From NCBI RefSeq assembly GCF_048593235.1, contig NC_133620.1:296685765-296749764 (forward strand): a stretch of DNA of 64,000 bases, read 5' to 3'. The notes beneath the pieces are model-generated. The model did no database searches. It saw only the letters and a program-made list of their open reading frames with translations, and was not told the origin of the DNA. Positions 25,827 to 38,700 of this stretch are shown here, piece by piece. A program made the position numbers and the translations under genes. The stretch comes from Sminthopsis crassicaudata (taxonomy: Eukaryota). Each line of letters opens with the position of its first letter. Positions within the stretch are counted from its first letter, which is position 1.

Positions 25827-28800
25827 CTATGGAAGAAGAAGGGAGGGGGTGAAGAGACAGGGGGTTGGGGATGAAGTAAAGTTTTTTTCCCCTAAGCCCC
25901 CATTCTTTCCAAAAACTCTTCCTCTTTTCCCTTTTAACCTTTGCATTTCCCCAAGTCATGAGGACTGAAGTGAAATATAATTCCCCAGGTAACAATAATA
26001 ATACTAGCTAGCATTTGTAAAGGACTTTGAGGTTTGCAAAGCACTTAACAAATATTAAATATCATCTCTTCGATATTGCAATATCCCTGTAATCTAAGTG
26101 CTATTATCCCCACACAGATGAGGAAATTGAGGCAGAGATTACATGACTTGCCCAAGGATCAGAGATAGAAACTGTTTGAAGGATTATTTGAACTCAGGTT
26201 CAAACACAATAAAGTCAGAGGCCCTTAGAACTTGGAGAAAATATATGTACTGGAGGGTCTATAGCAGTCAATGAGCTCTAAGTGGGGCAGGGGGGAATGG
26301 AGAACCATCCACTCCAATATGGATATTATCATCAGTACCAAATGAACAAAGTTGTTAATTTAGGCAGATGAAAGCACCATCTTTTTAGTCACTCAGGTTC
26401 ACAACTTTGAAGACATCTCCACTCTGCACTATCCCCAAGTCAGCACATACAAGATTTTTGCTCAATTCCAACGTCATAAACATTTTTTCAATGCATTCTC
26501 TCCTTTCCACTTACATAACTAATTCAGGCCCTCCTTACCTCTGCAATCCTGACTATTCTATTAGGCTCTTAATTGGCCTCTATCTCCTATTGAGCACTTA
26601 GGTGTCCCAGTAGATACAGTTTCAGGCCTAGAGTCAGGAATTTTGGAGTTCAAATCCAGCTTTAACTGAATAACAATCTTCTCTTTCTTCTCCAATCTAT
26701 TCTCTACACAGGTCTGACCAAATTCTTTTTTGGAATTCACACTCTGATTTTGATCTGCTTTTTCATACTGATTTCACATTATCTCTCTTCACGAGCTTCA
26801 TGAGTCTGGCCATTTTAGCATATTTCTCAAGACAATGCATCTCTCACCTCCCTTTGTACAGGCTATTTCCCATGCATGCTATATACCGCCTCATCATTTT
26901 TATTCAAGCAACTCCTCTCCTACATTATTCCTTTCCTAATCCTTTCACCCCACCCTCAGATGCATTTATTTTGCATATATTTTATATCTACCTATACATG
27001 TGTAGTTTCCCTTAAGGGCAGACTATTTTGTAAAGACTTTTTACTTTTATATTTGCATTCCCAGCACCTTGCACAGTTCTTGGTCCATGTTGTTCAGTCA
27101 TGTCCAATTCCAAGTCCCTGTACCCTATCCACTTAGCTACCACATAGTAGCCCCCTAATGAATGCTTTTTGATTGAATGTAAATAGACAATCTCAGAAGT
27201 TGATGTAGGGCTCAATCATATTGAGATCTGTATGCAACATCATAAGTGTTTTGCATATAGGCTGCAATACTTTTATCATGACCTATATGCAAAATATGAC
27301 AGAGATGTCATATCCCATTAGCTATCCTCATTACAATCTCCAAACTATTTGGGCATGATGAGTTTCAGATGTCTAAGGGAATCAAGACTGAAGACTTATG
27401 GGTTGCAAGGTTCCAGGTAACTGGAAAAGTAGTGATGTTCTCAACAGAAATAGGGAAATTAGGAGGAATGGGGGAAAGATGAATTGTTTTATTCATATTG
27501 AATTTATATGCCTATAGAATATCTAGATGAAAATTGATAAAGTGAACCTGGAACTCAAGAGAGAGATGAAAGCCTGAATATGTAGATTTTTGGAGTAAAG
27601 AGATGATAAGTGATAGGGAGCTGAGTGATCAACAAGTATAATGAGAAGAGGCAGAATACTGGGGCATACCTATGCATAGGGAGCATGATATAGATAACTC
27701 TGCAAACCAAGAAGCATTGGTCCAACAGTTAGGAAAGGGACCATAATAGTGCAGTATCATGAAAACCAGAATGAAGAGATGGTTAGTAGAATCAAAAACT
27801 GCAGAGGTCAAGGCAAATGAGGATTGGGGGGGGGGGGGAAGGCTAATAGATTTAGCATAAAGAGCTCTGGAATTGCCAACTGCCTGCTGGGCAACTTCAG
27901 CTAGATATCACATAGGCATTTCAAATTCAAAACATCTAAAGCAGAATTTATTTGCTTTTCATCTAAATGCACCCTCTCCTTCACATTCCATTTCAGTGGA
28001 AAGTATCATCATTGTTCCAGCCATCCAAGTTTTCTACCAACAATCAACTTCTGTTCTTCAGTCTCATTCACCCTGCCCATATCCAATTGGTTACCACATC
28101 TTATTATTCTCACCTTAATGTTTTTCTAATTTCTAATTCATTCTCATTTCTGCCAAAATTATATTTCTAAAGTCTGATAATAGCCACCCTCTGCTCCAGA
28201 AGTTTGGTGGCTCCACCCTGCCTTAAAATGAAATGAGTCCTCTGTTTAACCCTTTACCATCTGTCTCCAGCCTCTTTTCCTGGCTGATTATAAACGCTAT
28301 GTTCTAGTTAAATAATCCTGCTTGTTACGCCCTGTGTACAATATTCCATCCTTCATCTCTATACTTTTGGACAGACTGTTCTATTACTGAAGTGCCTTTC
28401 CTCATTCCTTCTTCCTATAACTCAACTCTCAGCTCTCTTCAAAACTTAGCATCTTTCAAGATGACTTTCCTAATTTTCCCAGTTGTTAATGCCAATTCCT
28501 GTTCCTTCCATTTGCTGTATATTTACTTTGTAAAAGTAACTATGTCCCTTATATCCTTATTTGTGAATGGGGGTTGTGTCCCCCTGGTTTAATATAAAAG
28601 TGCAGAGGCCCTATTACATTTATATATTCAACATCTAGTGTAGTGTCTGGCACTTAATATTGTTGACTGATGGATTGGAATGGGAGATGGACTGGTCTTC
28701 AATCAGGGAGAGGAATAATAAATGGATAGCACAAATGCTATTTGTTCCAACAACACAGAAAACTGATCAACAAAGCATTTAAACACCCACTACAGGCCAG

Positions 28801-30844
28801 GAACTGTAGTTATTGCCTAGACAAGAATGAAATAGTCCTTGTTTTCAATCAATCAGCAACTTTCAACCAACCTTTATCAACATTTTGCAATTATATCATT
28901 AATATGCTATGATCAACCTTCACTAAAGTACTACTTTGAAACCTCATTTCTGGAAGCTACCTCTGCTAGATCTTACCATATTGGGAAATTTTTAAAAAAG
29001 CAGTCTGGACTATACACTTAAGATCTGAAGAGAAGCCTCACATTTGTAGAGTAGTTTGGATATCAAGTGATACTCCTCTTTGGTTCATGAGAAAACATTT
29101 AGATGTGGTGTGACAACTGGTAGAGAGGGTATCCATCCCAAAGAAATCTCATAATTTTAAAGTATGTTATGACCAAATCTTATCATATTTCAATATTTCA
29201 GTGTATTCTAGAATTTAGGGTCTCATTGACATGGGGATTCCTTCCACTGGTTAGGCTTACAATTCTATCCCATAGAAATCCTATGCTTTTTAATTCTGTG
29301 ATGTTTACCCAGTGTCATCTATAGATCCTTATATATGATATATATAACTTACTGAAGACCTTTCTCTAGATAGTTAAGCTCTTTGAAGGTAAGGTTCATT
29401 TTATTTTTGTCTTTGCGCTATGTGTGTATAGCCAGTAACAGATGCTTAATATTCTGCCGATTAATCATTTTTTTCATCTGTTTATGCCACAGACAACCAA
29501 CAGAAAAGAGAATTTTGAGCTGAGTCCACAAATGTGCAAGAAAAACGATAAAAATTTTTTAGAACCTTTGAAGCTTTATAATCTTTGATATTTGTCTTGT
29601 CCCTTGCAACAGACAATTTCATGCCATATATAATAACATGCATACCAGGACTTTTTTGGGTTAGCATAAAACTGGAAACAAAGTGAATAGCCATCAGCTG
29701 AAGGGCAGGAAAATTTGTGGCATATGAATGTAGTAAAAGATTATGATGATCCTGAAGAATTCAAGGAATCATGGGAAGACTTATATAAGTTGAAACTATT
29801 CTGGACCCTTTTTCAGAATGATGTTTTTAAATGCATAGGCTTTAAAGGAAATCAATTATATTCTGAGAGTTTCTCAAAATATTTTTTTTAAACTTGAGAG
29901 ATATTGACAGGCAAAGTAGAGAGAGGACACTAACCCCACTGTAGATATGGTGTAGAACATCCCGAATGGGTCCTACCCCCAAATCGGTGTTCATTACAAC
30001 CTTGACCCCAGTGGGTGTCTCATAGTAATGGAGCTTGTATCGACTTGTCTGGAAAGCCAGGAATCCATCTTTCCTGAAGAATGGATGTTAAGGAACACGT
30101 CTGATCTGGATCTATGATCACACACACGTTCAGTCCCTAATGAGAGGCTTTATATAGTTTCCCTCCCTACGCTAACTTTTTTTTTCCCCATTTGGTCCCA
30201 TCCACTAAGTCGTATCTCCATTCCTTGTGGTCAGCCAACTTCCTCTCCAGAGTCTTTGTCTCTATAGATCCAAGAAGCCCACACCCCATTTCCACCCGTA
30301 GGATACATGTCCACAGGTGACATCTTGCTGACAAAAGATCGGATGGAGAAGAGCATTCCATACATCAGCTTGTACTCCTGACAGTAGCAGGGAATAAACA
30401 AACATTTTATATTTATGCAGTACTTATCAAGTGTTTTTTTTCACCACATTCCTTTCGGAGGGTGGGGGGAGGAGGAACTATATTGTACCCATATTACAGA
30501 GAAAGGAACTGAGACCCAGAGCAATTAAATTATCTCATACAAGGAAGCCGAGGCAGGGAAGGGCAGAAATGACTTGGCAAAAGTTAGAATAGTGAATTAA
30601 ACCCAGGGTTCTTTTCACTAGGCCACACTTCTCAGAATGGGAGGGGATGGGGAGGTCTTTCGGGGCAGGGCAAGGTTTCAGGAGAGCAGGCTGTGATGCT
30701 GAATTCCCTCCTCCCTCCCCCCCATCCCCGTATCCTTCGAGTCACCTCCTCCTTGGGGATCCCCGCCTGCTTCTTTCGGTGCCACTCGCTATAGTGCAGG
30801 CAAACCCCATCTCGGTCAAACAAGTACAGGTTGTGGACAGTCAT
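25698..30844 (-). CDS. TRAPPC1: TRAPP complex subunit 1 (Bet5): complement(join(25698-25826,29935-30073,30307-30377,30746-30844)), 145 aa
   Basis: MTVHNLYLFDRDGVCLHYSEWHRKKQAGIPKEE|EYKLMYGMLFSIRSFVSKMSPVDM|KDGFLAFQTSRYKLHYYETPTG...YSG|LYVELVVKNPLCPLGQTVQSELFRSRLDAYIRSLPFFSARAG*. Confidence 0.97.
27350..27830 (+). mobile_element. L2 LINE fragment in TRAPPC1 last intron
   Basis: Degenerate purine-rich L2 sequence; ends approximate. Confidence 0.5.
29535..29892. repeat. Inverted near-copy (about 94%) of 37420-37779
   Basis: Manual alignment: about 18 substitutions and 3 indels over about 360 bp. Confidence 0.9.
29935..30073 (-). CDS. TRAPPC1: TRAPPC1 coding exon 3
   Basis: 139 nt; donor gttagt. 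Confidence 0.93.
30307..30377 (-). CDS. TRAPPC1: TRAPPC1 coding exon 2
   Basis: 71 nt; donor GTATCCTA (U12-like). Confidence 0.95.
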
Positions 30845-31620
30845 CTGTGGGGCGGGGAGGAGGCTGCGAGTTAGTCAGGGGAGCACCCACTTCCCGTTCC
30901 CGCCTAAAAACTTCTTCCAATCTGGGATCTTCTCATTCCCCCCTCAGTAACCCATCCAGCCCCCTCCCCGCGCTTATTCCAGGACACACCTAGGACTCAC
31001 CAAAAATACACACCGGTAGTGCGCGTGCGTACCTGAGAATCTCGGCAGTGGGGGTGGAGAGGGAAGGTCCCTTATCATCCACCACTTCCGGTTCCTGCTG
31101 CGCCCCAACTCTCTTTGCCCGGAGACGCGAATCAGACAGTCGCACTTTCTCCAATGGCTCCATCTCTCCTAGCCCCGCCACATTTAGCGGCCTCGGCTCG
31201 CTTCCCCACAGCCAATCCTCTGTGGCGCTGGAAAGACGTACGCTCCTCCCTCCCAGTTCCTCCAACCCCATTAAAGTGCACGCCCCTCGGCCCGCCCCTT
31301 TCCCGGGCTCTTTGAGCAGCTCCGGTTCAAACGGGCGATTTGGGCCTCGTGTGCTGCCAGACCCTTATCGGGGCGGATGGTTTCTGTGGTGCGCGGGCGG
31401 GAAGCCGGGTGAACGAGCAGGTGGCATCCAACTGTTCTTGGAGGGTGGAAGGGAGAAGGGGTCTCCCGCCCCGGGAGGTGGGGGGGAAAAGCTGCGAAGG
31501 AGCGACTCCCAGATACATGTCTTTCCTGTGTTAGCTTGGTTAGAGGTGGGAGGGTCCGAGTAGAGGGAAAAACGAATGTGGGGGTGGCCTGGGCTCCAGA
31601 ACTAGGTGAGGATGGCGGTC
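30700..31620. promoter_or_regulatory. Bidirectional CpG-island promoter TRAPPC1/CNTROB
   Basis: Head-to-head genes; ETS CCGGAAGT (31084-31091, -), CCAAT (31151-31155, 31212-31216), GC box (31291-31298), NRF1-like GTGCGCGTGCG (31019-31029). Confidence 0.85.
30746..30844 (-). CDS. TRAPPC1: TRAPPC1 coding exon 1
   Basis: cacag|ATG; 99 nt; donor gtgact. Confidence 0.95.
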
Positions 31621-32472
31621 AAGGGAAGCTAGGAAAAGTCCTCTCCACTGGCTGACGTTGGCTGAGGAGATGGATGGCCTAGAGAAGCCGGGTGATGAAA
31701 TTCTTCCCAGGAAAGATTGGAGAGTATGTTCAGGACCTTGAGATTCTCTCTGGGAGGATACTGGGCCCGTTAGGGATTTATTTTTCCGGGACATTGATCA
31801 GGTAGGGGTCTGAAGGAAGCCGAGCTATATTTGGTATCCTCTTGGGGGTCCCCAGTCTTAGTTTGTTTCACCCCCTCCCTACTAGGAATGCTTAGAGCTC
31901 AAAGTGGGGCATCTGCTGCAAAGTAGCTTGCTCTCCCTGCTTTTCCCATTCCGTACTGGTCAGGAAGAATGGCAGAGTCCCTCTGGCCATCATCTTCCTC
32001 CTCCACTTTTCCTTCTTTTTCTCTTTTTCCTCTTCCTTCTCCGATTCTGAAACAGGTAAGCTCCCTTACTTTGCCTACTACCCTTTACTCTCAAAAGCTG
32101 CAGAAGAGAAGTTTCTTGCTCATTTGTGGCCTCCAGAATCGGGAGAATCGGCAGGCTTGGTCTGGGAGCCATGGTGACTTGGAACAATGAAGTATTCTTG
32201 GACTAGAGTCCTGATCCAGGGGGAGTCATCCAATTGCACGCACTCAGGGCCAAAGAAGCAGCAGTGATTTAAGCCTCTGGAGATGTCTCAGCAGGCTGAC
32301 CTCCTGGGTATGCGCCCATTCTGTTTGGGGGAGATTCCTGCTACTCCTTCCTAGACTCCATCTCAGCAAACCCTTTTCCTATGCTGTTTTCTTTTTCCCC
32401 AGGCCCCTTTTAAATAGAACCAAGAGACCTCTTGTTCCCCACTGCCTTTAGCTTTCTCCCCCTCTAGCCTCC

Positions 32473-32748
32473 ATGGCAGCTCAAGTTCCAAGCCCCAACT
32501 TACCCCTCGGGCCAGAGGACTTCCTGAGTGATCCCCCAGGGCCCCCTGGGCGGAGCCAAGGAACGTTCTCAGAAGTGACCTCTCAGCTTTATGCTAACCT
32601 ACGGCAAGGCCAAAAGGCAGAAGCTACTGCCAGGACCAGTCTCTACCTGGCCTCCAACTCTCCAACCCCTCCTGAGGAATTAGAGGGTCTAGCTCAAGAG
32701 CTGAGCCGAAGTCTGTCAACTGGGGTGGAGACCAGTTCACAGAAAAAG
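32473..32748 (+). CDS. CNTROB: CNTROB coding exon 1
   Basis: MAAQVPSP...SQKK|gtgggg. Confidence 0.92.
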
Positions 32749-35700
32749 GTGGGGCTGGGCACTAGGGGTGATGGAAACGCTGATCATTGGATGAATATAG
32801 AAAAAAGATAGGATTTTTAAAGGGTTGAATTTGGATTGCATGCTTTAATTCAATAAACATAAACAATAAACTTTGAGAAAGGTTTGGTGCTAGACAAAAA
32901 TNNNNNNNNNNNNNNNNNNNNNNNNNNNNNNNNNNNNNNNNNNNNNNNNNNNNNNNNNNNNNNNNNNNNNNNNNNNNNNNNNNNNNNNNNNNNNNNNNNN
33001 NNNNNNNNNNNNNNNNNNNNNNNNNNNNNNNNNNNNAGTGTCTGAGACCAGATTTGAACTCGGGTTCTCTTGAATTCAAGGCTGGTGCTCTATCCACTGC
33101 GCCACCTAGCTGCCCCTTATATATATATTTTTAACAACTTGCATAAATAAGCAGCTTTAGGGTGGAGGCCAGGAATTAGGAAAATATTCCCACTGGAGCT
33201 GGAGAAAATAAGAATTCCAAAAACTGTGGTACTGATGGGTGAATTCCAGGTATGAGTGATACCTATGGGAGAATATGAAGCTAGATAATAAAATGCTACA
33301 TTTGATGAACTTCTAGTAATCTAGTTTGGGCTGAACAGGAAATTTGTCAACAGAAATTAATGTGAATTAAGTCAGATTATTGATAAATTGTAGAAAGTTT
33401 TAAATGATAACTTGAAGAATTTATATTTTATCCTAGGGGATCAGGGATCTGTTGAATAAATTTGAACAGGAGAATGACATAATCAGATATGGCCTTTAGA
33501 AAGATTATTTTGGCAGTGTTGTGAAGTTAGGCTTGGAAAGAGAAAATTGGAAGCAGAAACAGAATTAGAAAGGTATATAAACTATGATATCTTTGGCTTA
33601 ATGGTATGTAAGAGGATATGGTCCTGTGTAGAAGGGGGAAGATATGGAGATAAGAGTTCCCAGCAGCTGAGTGGATATAGCAGGTGAGGGAAAAGGAATC
33701 ACTGTTGGCTCAGAGCCTACAAACCTGTACCTGGAAAGAGAGTATTGTTCTCAAAGAAACTGCAGAGTAGAGGAGTGGTTTTAAGGAAAAAGATAATTCT
33801 ATTTTAGATATATTGAGTTTGAAGTTTAGTGGTAAATTCAGGTGGAAATGCCAAGTAGGCACTTGGCAATTTAGGACTTGGAGTTCAGAATAAAGATTAA
33901 GGCTTGATGTATATATTTGAGAGTCATCCTCCTAGTGATAATATAATCCTTAGGAGAGAGGAAATCTCAGAATAAAAGGCAGGAAATATATGATTATTCA
34001 TTGAAAGAAGTGAACTGTTCAGGAGTAGCAGAGGGTAATCAGCAATGACAAAACTGTAAAGATTAGGCAATTTGAGGACTGAGAAAATATAAATTTAGCA
34101 GTTGTTGAAGTAACCTTAGAATTTAATGCCTAGAAAGCTAACCATTATAGTAATAGATAGCATAAGTAGTGACGAAGAGTGCCAGATTTGGAGGTAGGAA
34201 GACCTGAGTTCAAATCTGGCCTTGAATATTTACTAGTTGTGTGGCCCTAGGCAAATCATTTAACTGTTTGCCTCTGGTTGCCCATCTATAAAATGAACTG
34301 GAGATAACAAACTATTCCACTATCTTTCCCATGAAAATCTCAAATGGGGCCACAAAGAATCAAGAAGCTACTGAATTTAGTGCCTTAAGGTTTGCAAAAT
34401 GCCTCACAACAAGAAGATAGGTGCTATTATCAACCCCATTTTATAGAAGAGGAAACTGAGGCTGAGAAAAGTTAATTGATTTACCCAGGTTACAAGCTAG
34501 TAAAAATCTGAAGCAAAAATAAATTCAGATCTTCCTGATTCCAAGTGCTATTCATTGTACCACATTACAGTATGAAGCCAGTTATAACTTATACTAGTAA
34601 CTGTGTTTGTGAATAAGAAAAAGGACCAGGATTTTATGAGTTTGGCACACTGGAAAATTCTTCCTAAAATGTCACATAAGTAATACTTTTGGGAACAGTT
34701 AGAGATGTGCCACTGCTGGGAATATAGCTCCTAGGAAGATCTAGAGTCATATCTACTGAGAAGTATAATCATGGTGGTAAAATGTGTGGGTTACAAGATA
34801 GGAGCAGGAGTTAGGGATAGTAAAGTAACAAAGTTTAACATTAGCATTTTGAATTTTGAATCTAACAAGTTAATCACAAAACATAGTATTCTAATTGAAC
34901 TTATAATCAAACGGGTTATTATTTCTTATAGAGAAAAAGCTAGTGAGAGAAGTGGCGCTCAATGGAGTCACTTCATTTATACGTTTTTACTGAGACAGGA
35001 AAGTAATTAATTCCTAAAGTTGGGAGTGGGATAGGGAACAGGGAAGATTATAATATCTCCTTTAACAGGAAACAGAGTGTAGGAATAAACAGGCTTTGGG
35101 TCTCTGCCCTTTAGGGAGGCTCCCAGCATATATTGGAAATGGAAAATGTACGGGGTCACCTCCAAAGCATGCTCCAAGCTTCTCGGGACACTGCTCCTCG
35201 TAAGTGAGCCTGCTTCTCTGGGTCCATAAAAGGGGTATAGCCAGAAGGGCTGGAAGACCATGAAAGGGAAGCAACAGGGAAGAAGGTGAGGTGGAAAGGA
35301 CTATTTGTTCTTTCATCTTTAAATGGGCTCTGCCCCTGTCCATACCTTACCCCTAGCCCTTCGATTCCTCTGGCTGCTTGCAGGGGATAACCTTATTCCA
35401 GGTACTGTCCCAGAGAGACGAGAAGAAGACTCTTTTGACAGTGACAGCACAGCCACTCTGCTCAAGTGAGTTACCCTTAGATCCTTGTGAGTCATATAGA
35501 TGTTCTCTGTAGTGGGATTTTAGCTCTTAAACTATCTGTACTATCCTCTGTAACTCTGCTTTGTTTTTGGCATACAGGCATTCAGCTTTCCCAACTTGTC
35601 TCATTTTTTTGCTCAGAATTTTCTTCCTCTTACTGTTAACTTATCTGCATAAGGTGGTAGAGCAGTTTAATGGTGTAGTGGAAAGGGCACTGGACTGAAT

Positions 35701-38700
35701 CCCAAGAGTTGAACTCTTGGCTCAGCCTATCATTAATTAGTTAAGAAATCCCTTTGGGTATGTTTCTTTACCTCTGTGAGCTTTGATTTCCTCAGTAAAA
35801 GCAATCTAATCTAAAGTCCCTTCTAGTTATAAGTTTCTGTGATTTGCTTAGTACTCGGCCCCTCCAAGAGCTATCTCCACCCAGCTCAGCTCCAGCCTTG
35901 GAGGAGTTGTTCCCTCGATATACTAGTATCCGTCCTGGAACTCCTCACTACTTTCCTGATCTGCAGGGACTAAGAGATGCCTTGGACACAGAACATACCC
36001 GCCGTAGGGTAAGTTGAGGAATTGAAGTAGATGAATCATTCCTGAGGGAATAACAGATGTTGAAAGAGTCAATGAATGTCCAAATTTGTCCAGAATGACC
36101 AAGTAAATAGGTGCTGGACCTAAACTATAAACTACTTTATGTCCCCCATTTTAACATCCTTTGCACTAGTTGAGAGGGGAAAGAAGTATGAAGATAAAAT
36201 AAATATTGCCCTTCATTCTTCTCTTCTAGGTGACCTAATTGCCCATATGCCCTGTTCTCCTAGATGGGAAGGAAAGTGTGGGGAATCTTCCTTAAAACCT
36301 TGCCATGTTTAGGTGATGTGTATATTAGGCTTCTTAGGTGGAACTTGCTTCCCATTTTTGTTATTCCTTGTGTTTCCAAGGACTCCAAGACTCTTTCCCA
36401 GTGCTCTGGGGGGAAAAAAAGGAACTCTATTCCTGAAGGCTATGAATAACATGTTAGAGAGATAATTGAAGTTCAGTCCTAAACCCATCTTCCTTTTTGT
36501 GACTCTGATTCTTGCCCCATAGTCACCAAGTATCCCTCTTTTAGTCTAGACTGTGCCACCAGAGACCTAGACAACCTTTTTCAGTTTTCATTTTTCCCTG
36601 CCAGAAGGCTCTGAGCCAGGACAAGTAAAAAGTGAATGCTATTCCTTGCTTTTTGTCCTTAGCATTGTGAACGTCACATCCAGAATCTACAGACTCGTGT
36701 GTTAGAACTACAGCAGCAATTAGCTGTTGCTGTGGCTGCAGACCGAAAGAAAGACCTTATGATTGAGCAACTGGACAAGGTGCCAAGGGAACAAGGGAAA
36801 CTAGACCTGGAGTACAATATCACCTGCCCAAAACAAACAGGAAACAAGGGATTGGATTTAGCCGTAGTGGAATTGTGGAATGAATGAGAGATTATATTTA
36901 TTTATGATTTTAATTTTGTAATGTAAAAAGCATTTTTAACATTCATTTTTTAAAATTAGAGTTCTCAGTTCTCTGCCTCCCCTTTGATTGAGAAGACAAG
37001 CAATTTGATATCGTGCAGTTATGCAAAACATTTCTGCATTGTTCATGTTATGAAGAATGAGGGCATTATAAACAGGTTTTTCTGACTATTGTCATATACA
37101 TGCTAGGAGACAGAGGTGACTACCAATCCAGTCAGAAGACAGAGACACAACTGTTGTAAGATTTCACCAAACCTTCCCTTTCTCCACCTCCTATATACTA
37201 TTTAGACCTTGGCCCGAGTGGTAGAGGGCTGGAACCGACATGAGGCTGAAAGGACAGAAGTTCTTCGGGGGCTGCAAGAGGAGCAAAAGGCTATTGAACT
37301 TACACGAAGCCAACAGCAAGAGGTACATGACCTAGGCATTAGAAGACAGTGCTTAGAAAGTAAGGAAGTTGGAATTTTAGTCATAAGAAACATGATACTA
37401 GATCTGGGTTCACCTGTTTTTTAAAAAAAAATATTTTGAGAAACTCTCAGAAGATAATTAATTTCCTTTAAAGCCTATGCATTTAAAAACATCATTCTGA
37501 AAAAGGGTCCAGAATAGTATCAACTTATGTTAAGTCTTCCCATGATTCCTTGAATTCTTCAGGATCATCATAATCTTTTACTACATTATATGCCACAAAT
37601 TTTCCAGCCCTTCAGCTGATGGTTATTCACTTTGTTTCCAGTTTTATGCTACTACAAAAAAGTCCTGCTATGCATGTTATTATATATGGTATGAAATTGT
37701 CTATTGTAAGGAACAAGACAAATATCAAAGATTATAAAGGTTCAAAAGTTCTAAAAAAATTTTAATCATTTTTCTTGCATAATTTCAATCTAGATCAATT
37801 AGACCAATTTTAAACTCCACCAACAGTTTATTAATGTGCCTATCATCCCGTTAGCCTTTTCAGTGGTGACTTTATCAATTTGATAGTCAATTTGATGGTC
37901 AGAGTTGTTTTAATTTTCATTTCTTTTATTAGTAATTTGGAACATTTATTCAAATAACTTTTGTTAGTTTGAAAACGTTCCATTCTTTGTCCATTGAACA
38001 TGATCTTGAAGCCTCATTTGGTAAGCCTATAACTCTACCCCCCAAATTAATAACATTTCATTGTCAACACTATCCCTCTCACCTCTTCTTGCTCCATTTG
38101 GCATTCAAAAAAATATTTGGGAAAAGTTGGGTGCCCCAATCTAATCAGCCCTTTGGTATTAAGAGTTAACTTTAGTTTGGAATGTGTATACTTTGTGTGT
38201 TCTGGGACTTGGCTTCTCATTTTCTCTGAATTCTATCATCTCTTCTTCCTCCCTGCCTGTAGACTATAGCTCGACTAGAACAGAGTCTAAAGCAGACGAA
38301 GGAAGCCCTGAGTAGGGAGCGGGAAGGGACCAACCAACAGCAACAGGAGCAAGAGACATTGGTGAGAGAGCCAGACTATTTCACTTACCTGGGACTGTGA
38401 CTTCCTGGGAACTGGGCTATCAAGGAAGTTTGGTATGCAGGAAGCTGATAACCTGCTTCTGGGTTCTGACTGAAAAGCTGATATGTGAATCTGGTGGTAG
38501 ATAGATAATGAAATAATTACTAACATAAGCTAGGAGNNNNNNNNNNNNNNNNNNNNNNNNNNNNNNNNNNNNNNNNNNNNNNNNNNNNNNNNNNNNNNNN
38601 NNNNNNNNNNNNNNNNNNNNNNNNNNNNNNNNNNNNNNNNNNNNNNNNNNNNNNNNNNNNNNNNNNNNNNNNNNNNNNNNNNNNNNNNNNNNNNNNNNNN

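Noticed and set aside
30990-31794. Several 60-171-aa ORFs in the bidirectional promoter
   Set aside because: Expected in CpG islands; no domains or consistent splice structure
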